Positions 9,836-18,393 of a stretch of 64,000 nt of DNA are shown in pieces. Position numbers and translations under genes: made by a program. The notes beneath the pieces were generated by a model that was not told the DNA's origin, made no database searches, and saw nothing but the letters and a program-made list of their open reading frames with translations. The number at the start of each line of letters is the position of its first letter. The first letter of the stretch is position 1. The stretch comes from Ideonella sp. (GTDB lineage Bacteria > Pseudomonadota > Gammaproteobacteria > Burkholderiales > Burkholderiaceae_C): the NCBI RefSeq assembly GCF_041914305.1, contig NZ_JAYSDQ010000026.1:17944-81943 (forward strand), given 5' to 3'.

Positions 9836-10882
9836 ATGGGCCTGTTCTCCGACACCATCCGCGACGCACGCCGGCCCCTGCCCGGCGGCGCCACATGGCT
9901 GCGCCGCGCCGCCGTCGACGATGCACCGGTCGAGGCCGACGAGCCCGCCGACCCGGCCGCGTTGACCGTGTTCCGTCTCCAGAAGGAGGGTGGTGGTTCG
10001 CCATCGCCCAGGGCGCCTGTCCGTCAGCCGGAAGCGGCTGCGCGGACGGGGCCTTCGACCGGCTCCCGGGCGCCGAAGGGTGGCGCGCCGGGTGACGGAC
10101 CCGCCACACGAGCAAGCCAGAGGCAAGCTCTCCCGTCAGTCGAAACAGAGAAGGCGAGCGAGCAACACGAGTCGCAATTCATCGTCCAGGAAGCGTCGTC
10201 ACCGAAGTCGTTCTCGCGGGGAATTCCGTCACCGAAGGGTGTGGATACGTCGTGGTCGCTCACGGGACCCCAGTCTTCCAACCATGTACGAGATAGCCAA
10301 AGTGAAGCAGACAGACCAACCGAGGATCGCTACAGGTGGAGGCGTGAGGCCCGGGGCGCCCCTTCTGGAGACCCATTCGAACCAGTGGCACCGGTGCCAC
10401 CAGCGGGCCCCTTGGACGAAGCGGCCGGGTACGACGCCGCGCCCGCCGCGACACCAGCCGCCGCACCATGGGCGGCCTCGCCCGCCGCGCGCGACGGGCT
10501 GAGCGACACCGCCCCGCCAGGGCCCGCGATCGCACCCGCCACCGCGCCGGCTCGGGCCGCAGCGGGGCCGCTGCGCCATGCGGCCACGACGGCGGCGCAG
10601 GCCGTGCCCGAGGCCGCGCTGGGCGTGCCCGGTGACCGGCCCGATTCCGTGGCGACCGTGCCGGCGGTCACGCGCCCCACCCTCGCCAGCCCCTCGGCCC
10701 GCGCGCCGATGGCCAGCGCCCGACCGCCCGCGATGACACCAGCCGCGCCCGCGCCTCCGTCGCTGCGCATCGGCCGCATCGACGTCACCGTGCTCGCCGA
10801 CACCCCACGCGCCGCGCCCCGCGCCGACGCGGGTGGGCTCGACCCGCACTTCCTCAGCCGCCACTACCTGCGCAGGACTTGA
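9836..10882 (+). CDS. Ala/Pro-rich low-complexity eCIS protein
   Basis: Open frame from ATG 9836; C-terminal LRIGRIDVTV motif of the kind seen in eCIS accessory proteins. Confidence 0.6.
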   Translation: MGLFSDTIRDARRPLPGGATWLRRAAVDDAPVEADEPADPAALTVFRLQKEGGGSPSPRAPVRQPEAAARTGPSTGSRAPKGGAPGDGPATRASQRQALPSVETEKASEQHESQFIVQEASSPKSFSRGIPSPKGVDTSWSLTGPQSSNHVRDSQSEADRPTEDRYRWRREARGAPSGDPFEPVAPVPPAGPLDEAAGYDAAPAATPAAAPWAASPAARDGLSDTAPPGPAIAPATAPARAAAGPLRHAATTAAQAVPEAALGVPGDRPDSVATVPAVTRPTLASPSARAPMASARPPAMTPAAPAPPSLRIGRIDVTVLADTPRAAPRADAGGLDPHFLSRHYLRRT

Positions 10883-10886
10883 CGCC

Positions 10887-11915
10887 ATGGCGGTCGCGAT
10901 CTCCTCGTTGTCGCAGGTCTGCCGGGCCGTGGGCCAGCTCGTCGGCACGGGCATCAACCAGTCGGCGCACTCGCGCATCAACGTCGTCATCGGCACGCCG
11001 GCCGTCGGGTCACAGGTGGACGGCGACACCGGCCATCGCCTGAACCTGTTCTTCTTTCGCTTCGAGCCGTCGGGCTTCTTCCCCGACAACCTGCCGGGCG
11101 ACCCGTGGCTGGTTCGTGCGCACTGCCTGATGACGCCCTTCTGCCTCGATGACGACACCATCGCCGCCGGCGAAAACGACCTGCGTGTGCTCGGCGAGCT
11201 GATGCGCTTCTTTCACGAGAGCCCCGAGTTCGATGTCGATGTCGACGGCGAGCCGTGGCGGCTGCAGGCGGTCTTTCTCACGCTCGGCCTCGACCAGCTC
11301 AACCAGCTCTGGTCGACCCAGGGCGACACCGTCTACCGGCCCTCGGCGCTGTTCGAGCTGTCGCTCGCGCCGGTGCTGCCGCGCACACCCACCATCCCCG
11401 CGCCGCGCGTGGGCGGCCTCGGTTTCGAAGCCCGCGGCACGATGGCCGCGCGGCACGCCGGCCCGACGGCGGCCATGCGCACCGCCGTCCCGATGGTCGG
11501 CCTCATGCGGCCCGACACCGGCCCCGAAACCTGGGCCCCGGCGCTGTGCCTGGTCGACGACAGCGCGTGCCTGTTGTCGGTCTCGTTCGCCGTGGGCAGC
11601 GCCGAGCTCACCGCCTTCGCCCCCGAGGCCTGGATCGCCGGCGCGCCGGGCAGCAGCGCACAGCTGCGCTGGGAGACCTGGGAGGCCGCCGCCGGCTGGC
11701 AGACGCAGGCCCCGGGCGGGCCGCTGCTGATCGCCGATGCGGCGCTCGACCCGGACGCGGTCGGCTCGGCCACCACGCGGGCCACCACGCTGCCCTTCGA
11801 CGACCGGCCGGGCCAGCTCGCGCTCTATGCCGAACGCCTGGTCACGCGCGCGGCCGATGGGGTGCAAATCACCGTGCGCAGCAACCCCGTGCTCGTGACG
11901 CTGCACGCGCCATGA
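10887..11915 (+). CDS. DUF4255 / Pvc16-like tail terminator (cap) protein
   Basis: RLNLFFFRFEP, LMTPF..ENDLRVLGELMRFFHESP, QLWSTQG..YRPSALFEL resemble DUF4255; precedes ATPase. Confidence 0.8.
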   Translation: MAVAISSLSQVCRAVGQLVGTGINQSAHSRINVVIGTPAVGSQVDGDTGHRLNLFFFRFEPSGFFPDNLPGDPWLVRAHCLMTPFCLDDDTIAAGENDLRVLGELMRFFHESPEFDVDVDGEPWRLQAVFLTLGLDQLNQLWSTQGDTVYRPSALFELSLAPVLPRTPTIPAPRVGGLGFEARGTMAARHAGPTAAMRTAVPMVGLMRPDTGPETWAPALCLVDDSACLLSVSFAVGSAELTAFAPEAWIAGAPGSSAQLRWETWEAAAGWQTQAPGGPLLIADAALDPDAVGSATTRATTLPFDDRPGQLALYAERLVTRAADGVQITVRSNPVLVTLHAP

Positions 11916-11925
11916 CGAGGCCCGC

Positions 11926-13299
11926 ATGAACGCCCCCCGCGTCGACCTTTTGCCCGCCGCCCTGCTCGAACCCGAGTGGGAGCGCCTGCTGCTGCTCGCC
12001 TACTGCCTGATGCAGACGCGCCAGGGCCACGCGCTGGCCGACGAAGACCTGCAGCAGCTCGCGCGCCTGAAGGCCCTGGTCGACAACCTGCGGGCCCCGG
12101 GCGGCGCGTGGACGCAGGTGCTGGGCGGCACCGGCGCGGACGCGCCCACCGCCTCCGGCCCCGAGTTCGACGTGCTCGCCGCGGTGGCGGCGCCGGAGTT
12201 CGAGCCTAGCCTGGGCGGCGCCTTCCAGCAGCTGCAGGCCGGTGCCGGTGGCAATGCTTCGCCGTACCCGAGCCGCGCGCTGCTGCAAGAGCTGCTCGCG
12301 CTCGACGCCGGCCGCGCGCACCTGCTGTCGGATGCGCTATCGCCCCAGGGCCTGCCGCGCCGGCGCCGGCTGGTGCGCGTCGACCAGGAGGGGGCGTACC
12401 AGCCGCTGCTGCCCGAGCCGGCGCTGCTCGCGCGCCTGGCCGGCCGCGACTGGACGCCGCCACCGCCGCCCGGCGCCGAGCTGGTACCGCTGCAGGCCGG
12501 CTGGGACGACCTGGTGCTGCCGCCCGACCGTCGCGCGATGCTGCACGAGTACCTGCTGTGGGTGCGCCACCGTGCCACCGTGGTCGACCGCTGGGGCGGG
12601 GCCTCGGTGGGTGGCCCGGTCGCGTTGTTCTCGGGCCCGTCGGGCACCGGCAAGACGCTGGCCGCCAGCGTGGTCGCCAACTGCCTGGGCCACTGGCCGC
12701 TGTACCGCGTCGACCTTGGCCGCGTGGTCAGCAAGTACGTCGGCGAAACCGAAGAGAACCTCAACCGCCTGTTCGATGCCGCCCACGGCCGCCCGATGGT
12801 GCTGCAGTTCGACGAGGCCGACGCGCTGTTTGCCAAGCGCGGCGAGGTGAAAGAGGCACGCGACCGCTACGCCAACATGGAGGTGAGCCACCTGCTCTCG
12901 CGCATCGAGACGCACCAGGGCCCCTGCATCCTCACCACCAACCTGCGGCGCCAGCTCGACTCGGCCTTCACCCGCCGGCTGCAGGTGGTGATCGAGTTCC
13001 CGCGGCCCGACATCACCGCCCGCGCCGCGCTGTGGCAGCGGCTGCTGCCGCCGCGGGCGCCGCGCGAGCCCGGTGTCGACCCGGCCTGGCTGGCCGACTG
13101 CGCCGCGCTCACCGGCGGCCAGATCCGCAACGCGGCGCTGCATGCGGCCTACCTCGCCGCCGGCGCCGACACGCCGATCGGCCTGCCGCATGTGGCGCTG
13201 GGCGTGTGGCGCGAGCTGTCGAAAGACGGCCGCGAAGTGGCGCGCACCGAGCTCGGCGCGCTGGCGCCCTACCTACCCGAGGAGCTGGCCCGTGCTTGA
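11926..13299 (+). CDS. AAA+ ATPase (Afp15/Pvc15-like)
   Basis: Walker A GPSGTGKT, VVSKYVGETEENL, Walker B FDEADALF, RDRYANMEVSHLL, TTNL, AFTRR. Confidence 0.95.
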   Translation: MNAPRVDLLPAALLEPEWERLLLLAYCLMQTRQGHALADEDLQQLARLKALVDNLRAPGGAWTQVLGGTGADAPTASGPEFDVLAAVAAPEFEPSLGGAFQQLQAGAGGNASPYPSRALLQELLALDAGRAHLLSDALSPQGLPRRRRLVRVDQEGAYQPLLPEPALLARLAGRDWTPPPPPGAELVPLQAGWDDLVLPPDRRAMLHEYLLWVRHRATVVDRWGGASVGGPVALFSGPSGTGKTLAASVVANCLGHWPLYRVDLGRVVSKYVGETEENLNRLFDAAHGRPMVLQFDEADALFAKRGEVKEARDRYANMEVSHLLSRIETHQGPCILTTNLRRQLDSAFTRRLQVVIEFPRPDITARAALWQRLLPPRAPREPGVDPAWLADCAALTGGQIRNAALHAAYLAAGADTPIGLPHVALGVWRELSKDGREVARTELGALAPYLPEELARA

Positions 13300-13546
13300 G
13301 ATCGACCACCTGGCGCTGACACTGCCCGCCGGCTTCGGCCCGCGCGCCGCGCGCATCGCCCGCCTGACCGCGCAGGCGCTGGCCGCGCACGGCCTGGGCG
13401 GCCAAGGCGCCGTGCCGCAGCTGCAGGCCGCGCCGCTGCGGGTGGACGCGGCGCGCTCGGACCACCACATCGCGCAGCAGATCGCCGCGCATGTCGCGGC
13501 GCTGGTCGCGCCGCACACCGCCCCCACGGGAGACGGCCCATGCTGA
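13292..13546 (+). CDS. Small hypothetical eCIS protein
   Basis: GTG start after GGAG, overlaps both neighbours; VLEIDHLALTLP N-terminus. Confidence 0.6.
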   Translation: MLEIDHLALTLPAGFGPRAARIARLTAQALAAHGLGGQGAVPQLQAAPLRVDAARSDHHIAQQIAAHVAALVAPHTAPTGDGPC

Positions 13547-14187
13547 ACGAGAGCCGCGGTTTCCTGGTCGAGTACGCGCTGGCGCTGCCGCCGCTGGTGC
13601 TGGCGTTCGAGTTCAACCCGCAGCAGATCACGCGCAACCGCGCCGTCACGATCACGCTGGGCAACACGCCGGCCACGCGCGGCGGCTACGACTTCACGCT
13701 GCCCACCGAGACCGCGCGCGTCGCGCAGGGCGTGTCGATCGAGCCCGAGAGCTTCGACGTCGAGATCCTGCTGGACGCCACCGACCGCATGAACAAGAAC
13801 GAGATGGTGGCGCGCGACTTCGGCATCGAGCCCGAGCTCGACACGCTGCGCAGCATGGTCGAGCCCAAGACCCAGGGCCCTGGTGGCCTGCAGATGCTTG
13901 CCAGCCTCGGCCAGGGCGGCGCGCGGGCCTTCCAGCGCAACCTCACCGCGTCGGTGCTGCTGTTCGTCTGGGGCACGCATGTGCTGCCGGTGTTCCTGAA
14001 GGCGGTGGATGTCACCGAGTCGGCGCACCTGCCTTCGCTCGTGCCCTACCGCGCCACCGTGAAGCTGACGCTGCAGGTCATCGAAGGCAACAACCCGTTC
14101 TACGCAGCCGAGAAGCTGCGCCAGACGATGTCCGCCGCACTCAACACCGGCCGCACCGCGGCGGCCGCCATCGGAGGGCTGTTCTGA
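13540..14187 (+). CDS. CIS tube-initiator-like protein (Afp7 N-terminal-like)
   Basis: FEFNPQQITR and LLFVWG..VLPV..RATVKLTL motifs. Confidence 0.75.
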   Translation: MLNESRGFLVEYALALPPLVLAFEFNPQQITRNRAVTITLGNTPATRGGYDFTLPTETARVAQGVSIEPESFDVEILLDATDRMNKNEMVARDFGIEPELDTLRSMVEPKTQGPGGLQMLASLGQGGARAFQRNLTASVLLFVWGTHVLPVFLKAVDVTESAHLPSLVPYRATVKLTLQVIEGNNPFYAAEKLRQTMSAALNTGRTAAAAIGGLF

Positions 14188-14531
14188 TGTTCCTGAAGGA
14201 CTCACGCTACCTGCCCGCCCACCGCTTCGATCCGCTGCCCGACGGCAGCGTGCCGTTCAAGGGCGTGCGCCCGCGCTGGATCGGCGCGGCCACCGGCGTG
14301 CTGGAGCACGGCCTGCAACCGGGCGAACGACTGGACTGGCTCGCGACGCATTACTTCAACGACAGCCGCCTGTGGTGGCGCATCGTCGATGCCAACGCCG
14401 ACCTGCTGTGCGCGCTCGAGCTCGAAGCCCCGGGCCTGCGCCCGCCCCCCGGTGCCGGCGGCACCGAAGACCCGTCGCCCACCGCCGAAGACTTCGGCGT
14501 CGTGGCGCTGATCCCGCGCGCCCGCGAGTGA
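14187..14531 (+). CDS. LysM-like small baseplate protein
   Basis: MFLKDSRY start, GERLDWLATHYFNDSRLWWRIVDAN LysM-like motif; TGATG-coupled to the previous gene. Confidence 0.75.
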   Translation: MFLKDSRYLPAHRFDPLPDGSVPFKGVRPRWIGAATGVLEHGLQPGERLDWLATHYFNDSRLWWRIVDANADLLCALELEAPGLRPPPGAGGTEDPSPTAEDFGVVALIPRARE

Positions 14532-14556
14532 GCGGCGGCCACCGAGGAGCAACATC

Positions 14557-15744
14557 TTGGGCTTCGATCTCGCCGGGCTGCTCTCAGGCAAGGAACGTGC
14601 GCCGGCCGAGTGCGTGGTAGAGGTCGACCAGCAGCCGATCGACGACCTGTACCCCTTCCTGATCGAGGTGCAGGTCGAGACCAGCCGCACCCAGCCCGCC
14701 ACCGCCACGCTGACCTTCGAGACCCGGCGCGACGAGCAGGGCCGCTGGCTGGTGCAGGACGCCGCCTCGTCGACCTTCGGCGGCGACGACCCGGTGCTGG
14801 TCGAGTGGAAGCCGATCCGCCTGGCCGCGGTGTTCGGCGCGCGTGAAGAAGAGGTCTTCCGCGGCTTCATTCGCCAGGTGCGCGCCGAGTACCCCGAAGA
14901 CGCCGGCGGCGCGCGCCTGGTCGTCGAGTGCCAGGACGACTCGCTGCAGATGGACCGCGAGCACAAGCGCCGCACCTGGGGCACCGAGCAGGTGCCCGCG
15001 TCCGATGCGAGCCTGCTGTCCGAGCTGGTGTCGACCTATTCGCCGCTGTCCACCGCGCCCGACTGCGGCCGCGGCCAGTCGGGCCTGGTCAACCTCAACC
15101 AGGACGGCACCGACATCGAGTTCCTCAAGGCGCGCGCCGAGGCCAACGGCTACGAGCTGCTGTTCCGCGAGGGCGAGGTCTACTTCGGCCCGATGCGCCT
15201 GCAACGCCAGCCGCAGGAGACGCTGATGGTCTACGCCGGCGCCGACACCAACTGCCTGTCGCTGACCGCGACCACCGACTCGCACCAGGCCGACGCGGTG
15301 GCCTACGACGCGCCCGCGGCCACCGGCGACCAGCCGACCCAGGAGACCGTCGACCCCAACCTGCCGCTGCTGGGCAAGACCCACGCGACCAGCGCCGACC
15401 GCGGCCTGGCGCCCTTCGTCTGGCGCCTGTCGGGCGAAGCCGGTGCCGATGCCTCGCGCCTGCGCGACGTGGCGCAACGCAAGGCCAATGATTTCGACAT
15501 CCACAAGATCCAGGCCGAGGGCGAGCTCGACGGCACGCTCTACGGCCACGTGCTGCTGGCCGGCGGCACCGTGGGTGTGGACGGGCTGGGCAGCCGCTTC
15601 TCGGGCATCTGGTATGTCGACACCGTGACCCACGCCTTCACCTCGCTGGGCTACCGCCAGCGCTTCAAGCTGCTGCGCAACGCCTGGGGCGACAACCTGG
15701 GCGACACCGCCCCGATCGGCGCCTCGCTGGCGGCCATCTTCTGA
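14557..15744 (+). CDS. Phage late control D-like baseplate hub (gp27/VgrG N-terminal-like)
   Basis: QDGTDIEFLKARAEANGYE, GTVGVDGLGSRFSGIWYVDTVTH motifs; TTG start. Confidence 0.85.
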   Translation: MGFDLAGLLSGKERAPAECVVEVDQQPIDDLYPFLIEVQVETSRTQPATATLTFETRRDEQGRWLVQDAASSTFGGDDPVLVEWKPIRLAAVFGAREEEVFRGFIRQVRAEYPEDAGGARLVVECQDDSLQMDREHKRRTWGTEQVPASDASLLSELVSTYSPLSTAPDCGRGQSGLVNLNQDGTDIEFLKARAEANGYELLFREGEVYFGPMRLQRQPQETLMVYAGADTNCLSLTATTDSHQADAVAYDAPAATGDQPTQETVDPNLPLLGKTHATSADRGLAPFVWRLSGEAGADASRLRDVAQRKANDFDIHKIQAEGELDGTLYGHVLLAGGTVGVDGLGSRFSGIWYVDTVTHAFTSLGYRQRFKLLRNAWGDNLGDTAPIGASLAAIF

Positions 15745-15755
15745 GGACCCAGGCC

Positions 15756-16574
15756 ATGCCCGGCATCGACGAACGACTGGCCCAGGTCCTGCGCGACCGC
15801 CGCGCCTACGGCAAGTACCGCGGCGCGGTGGTCGACAACCAGGACCCGGACAAGCGCGGCCGCGTCAAGGTCTCGGTGCCCGCGCTGCTGGGCGACCAAA
15901 CCTCGGACTGGGCGCTGCCGTGCTTCCCCTGCGGCGGCCTGCAGGCCACCGGCTGGTTCTGGGTGCCGCAGGTGGGCGCGCAGGTCTGGGTCGAGTTCGA
16001 GGGCGGCGACGTGAACTACCCGGTCTGGACCGGCACCTTCTGGCAGCAGGCGTCCGACGTGCCGGCCGAGGTGCTGGACCCGCCCACCACGACGCTGCTG
16101 AAGACGCCCAAGGGCCACGCGTTCGTGCTGGAAGACAAGGACGACGACGAGCACCTGTCGCTGACCCACAGCGGCGGCGCGCAGATGCTGATCGACAAAG
16201 ACGGCAACCTCGCCCTCACCGACCAGGGCGGCGGCAAGGTCACGCTCGACGCGAAGAACGGCCAGATCCTGATCGAGGACACCAACGGCAACAGCGTGAC
16301 GATGTCGTCGTCGGGCACCACGGTCGAAGACGGCAACGGCAACAAGATCGAGATGACCTCCTCGGGCATCAACGTCAAGGGCACGCAGGTCGTCGTCGAA
16401 GGCCAGCAGGTGATGCTGGGCGGCTCTGGCGGCGAGCCCGTCATCAAGGGCCAGAGCTTTCTCACGCTGTTCGCCACGCACGTGCACACCTGCACCGCGC
16501 CGGGCAGCCCCACGTCGCCGGCGATCCCGCAGGGCGAGATGAGCACGCTGTCGATGAAGGTCATGACCGCCTGA
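15756..16574 (+). CDS. Baseplate spike protein gpV/gp5-like
   Basis: YGKYRGAVVDNQDPDKRGRVKVSVP, WALPC, P.VG..VWVEFEGGD.NYPVW.G OB-fold; beta-helix repeats; terminal HVH. Confidence 0.92.
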   Translation: MPGIDERLAQVLRDRRAYGKYRGAVVDNQDPDKRGRVKVSVPALLGDQTSDWALPCFPCGGLQATGWFWVPQVGAQVWVEFEGGDVNYPVWTGTFWQQASDVPAEVLDPPTTTLLKTPKGHAFVLEDKDDDEHLSLTHSGGAQMLIDKDGNLALTDQGGGKVTLDAKNGQILIEDTNGNSVTMSSSGTTVEDGNGNKIEMTSSGINVKGTQVVVEGQQVMLGGSGGEPVIKGQSFLTLFATHVHTCTAPGSPTSPAIPQGEMSTLSMKVMTA

Positions 16575-16596
16575 CCACGAACCTCGAAAGACCCCC

Positions 16597-17034
16597 ATGA
16601 CGCTCACCGCCCGCCTCGTCCAACGCCGCCTGGCCGACCCGCCTTACCTCGCGTTCCCGCTCGTCGTCGACCCGCCGGGCGGCGGTGGCCCGCGCCTGGC
16701 CGACCGCGCGGCCCATGTGCGCGCGCAGATCGAGCAGGTGCTGTTCACGCTGGCGCGTGAGCGGCCCCATCGCCCCGAGTTCGGCGCGGGTGCCAAGGCC
16801 TTGCTGTTCGAGCCCAACGCGTCGCCGCTGTGGCAGGTGACGCAGCGGCGGCTGTCGTCTGCACTGGCCGAAGCGCTCAAGGGCGAGGTCGACCCGAAGT
16901 CGCTGGTGGTCGAGGTCGGGCTGGACGAGGTCGACGAAGGCGCGCCGCCGCCGGACGCCTCGCGGCTGGTGATCCGCGTGTCGTATGCGCTGGCCGCCGT
17001 GAACCAGCGCGAACAGGCGCGCTTCCGCCTCTGA
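16597..17034 (+). CDS. GPW/gp25 family baseplate wedge protein (Afp9-like)
   Basis: QIEQVLFTLARERPHRPEFG..LLFEPN motif. Confidence 0.9.
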   Translation: MTLTARLVQRRLADPPYLAFPLVVDPPGGGGPRLADRAAHVRAQIEQVLFTLARERPHRPEFGAGAKALLFEPNASPLWQVTQRRLSSALAEALKGEVDPKSLVVEVGLDEVDEGAPPPDASRLVIRVSYALAAVNQREQARFRL

Positions 17035-17043
17035 GGACCCGCC

Positions 17044-18228
17044 ATGGCCCGCCTGCCCGACCCCGTGCTCAGCTTCCCCGGCGGCTGCCCCGACTGCGGC
17101 CGCCGCGAGGTGGTGCTGCCGCCGGTGCTGCCCGAGGTCGGCGACGATTTCGACTGGGACGTGCGCGACTTCGACGGCTTCCGGCTGTTCATGCTGCAAG
17201 ACCTGGCGGCGCGCTTCCCGGCGCGCACGCGCTGGACGCCGGCCGACCTGGAGGTGATGCTGGTCGAGTTGCTGGCCACGCAGTACGACAAGCTGTCGGA
17301 CATGCTGGACCGCATCGCCGGCGAGTTCGCGCTCGAAACGGCGCGCCGGCCCGAGACCGTGCGCCGCCTGCTCAAGCTGATCGGCCACGACGTGCTGCGC
17401 CGCAGCCAGGACCTGGGGCTGCCGCCGTTCGACCACGCCCCCGCGCCCGGAGACCTGCGCAGCGACATCGAGCGGCTCGAGCAGTACTGGCTCGACTACC
17501 CCGACAAGATGGACCAGGAGCGCCTGGCCGGCCCGCGCCTGATCCGCACCCAGCGCCGCATGGTCACGCTCGAAGACCACGAGTTGCGGCTGGTCGAGCA
17601 CCCGCTGGTCGAGCGTGCGCATGCGTGGTCGGCCTGGGGCGGCTCGTGGCTGGTGGTGCATGTGGCCGTGATCGCCAAAGACCGGCGCCGGCTCGACCCA
17701 CCGGGCGAATACACCGACGCGCTGTGGCGGGACGTCGTCGACTTCCACCGCGAGCGCGAGATCGGCCTGCCGGACCGCCTGGCGCAGCCCAGCGTGCGGG
17801 CGGTGCTGACGCCGCTGGTCGAGTCGCTGCGCCTGGCCGGCCAGGCGGTCGAGGTGGCCGATGCGGTCGAGGTGGGCGTGGTGATGCGGCTGGCGGTTCA
17901 AGTCTCGCCGCACCACTTCCAGTCCGAGGTGCGCCACGCGGTCGAGCAGGCGCTGGGCACCGGGCCGGGCGGCTTCTTCGAGCCCGGACGCCTGCGCTTT
18001 GGTGAAGACCTGTGGGCCAGCGACATCGTGCAGGCGCTGATGGCGCTGGACGGTGTCGAGCACGTCTGCCTGAACCGCTTCAAGCGCCTGGGCGACCGCT
18101 TCGCCGACCAGACCGCCTCGGGCCGCATCGCGCTCGAAGGGCTCGAAGTGGCCGTCTGCGACAACGACCCGAAACACCCGCCGCGCGGCTTCTACCGCCT
18201 CGCGCTGCACGGCGGCCGCAAGGGCTAG
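17044..18228 (+). CDS. Baseplate J-like protein (short)
   Basis: RDFDGFRLFML..RWTPADLEVMLVELLA..LETARRPETVRRL; RMVTLEDH; C-terminal LRFGEDLWASDI. Confidence 0.75.
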   Translation: MARLPDPVLSFPGGCPDCGRREVVLPPVLPEVGDDFDWDVRDFDGFRLFMLQDLAARFPARTRWTPADLEVMLVELLATQYDKLSDMLDRIAGEFALETARRPETVRRLLKLIGHDVLRRSQDLGLPPFDHAPAPGDLRSDIERLEQYWLDYPDKMDQERLAGPRLIRTQRRMVTLEDHELRLVEHPLVERAHAWSAWGGSWLVVHVAVIAKDRRRLDPPGEYTDALWRDVVDFHREREIGLPDRLAQPSVRAVLTPLVESLRLAGQAVEVADAVEVGVVMRLAVQVSPHHFQSEVRHAVEQALGTGPGGFFEPGRLRFGEDLWASDIVQALMALDGVEHVCLNRFKRLGDRFADQTASGRIALEGLEVAVCDNDPKHPPRGFYRLALHGGRKG

Positions 18229-18229
18229 A

Positions 18230-18388
18230 GAAGCTGTGAACGAACCCGCCAAACCCGCTCGTGGCGCTCAGGACGCGCCACTCTTCGTTGCAAATGTGCG
18301 CCATAGCCCGAGCTATGGCTGTGCTTTGCGCCTCGATTGCCGCGCCCTGCGCACCCCACTCGGGCTCGCCGGGTCCATTCACAGCTTC
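18230..18388. mobile_element. MITE-like element (159 bp) with 28-bp imperfect terminal inverted repeats
   Basis: Left GAAGCTGTGAACGAACCCGCCAAACCCG vs reverse complement of right end GAAGCTGTGAATGGACCCGGCGAGCCCG (23/28); internal hairpin GCCATAGC-CCGA-GCTATGGC. Confidence 0.7.
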
Positions 18389-18393
18389 CACCA

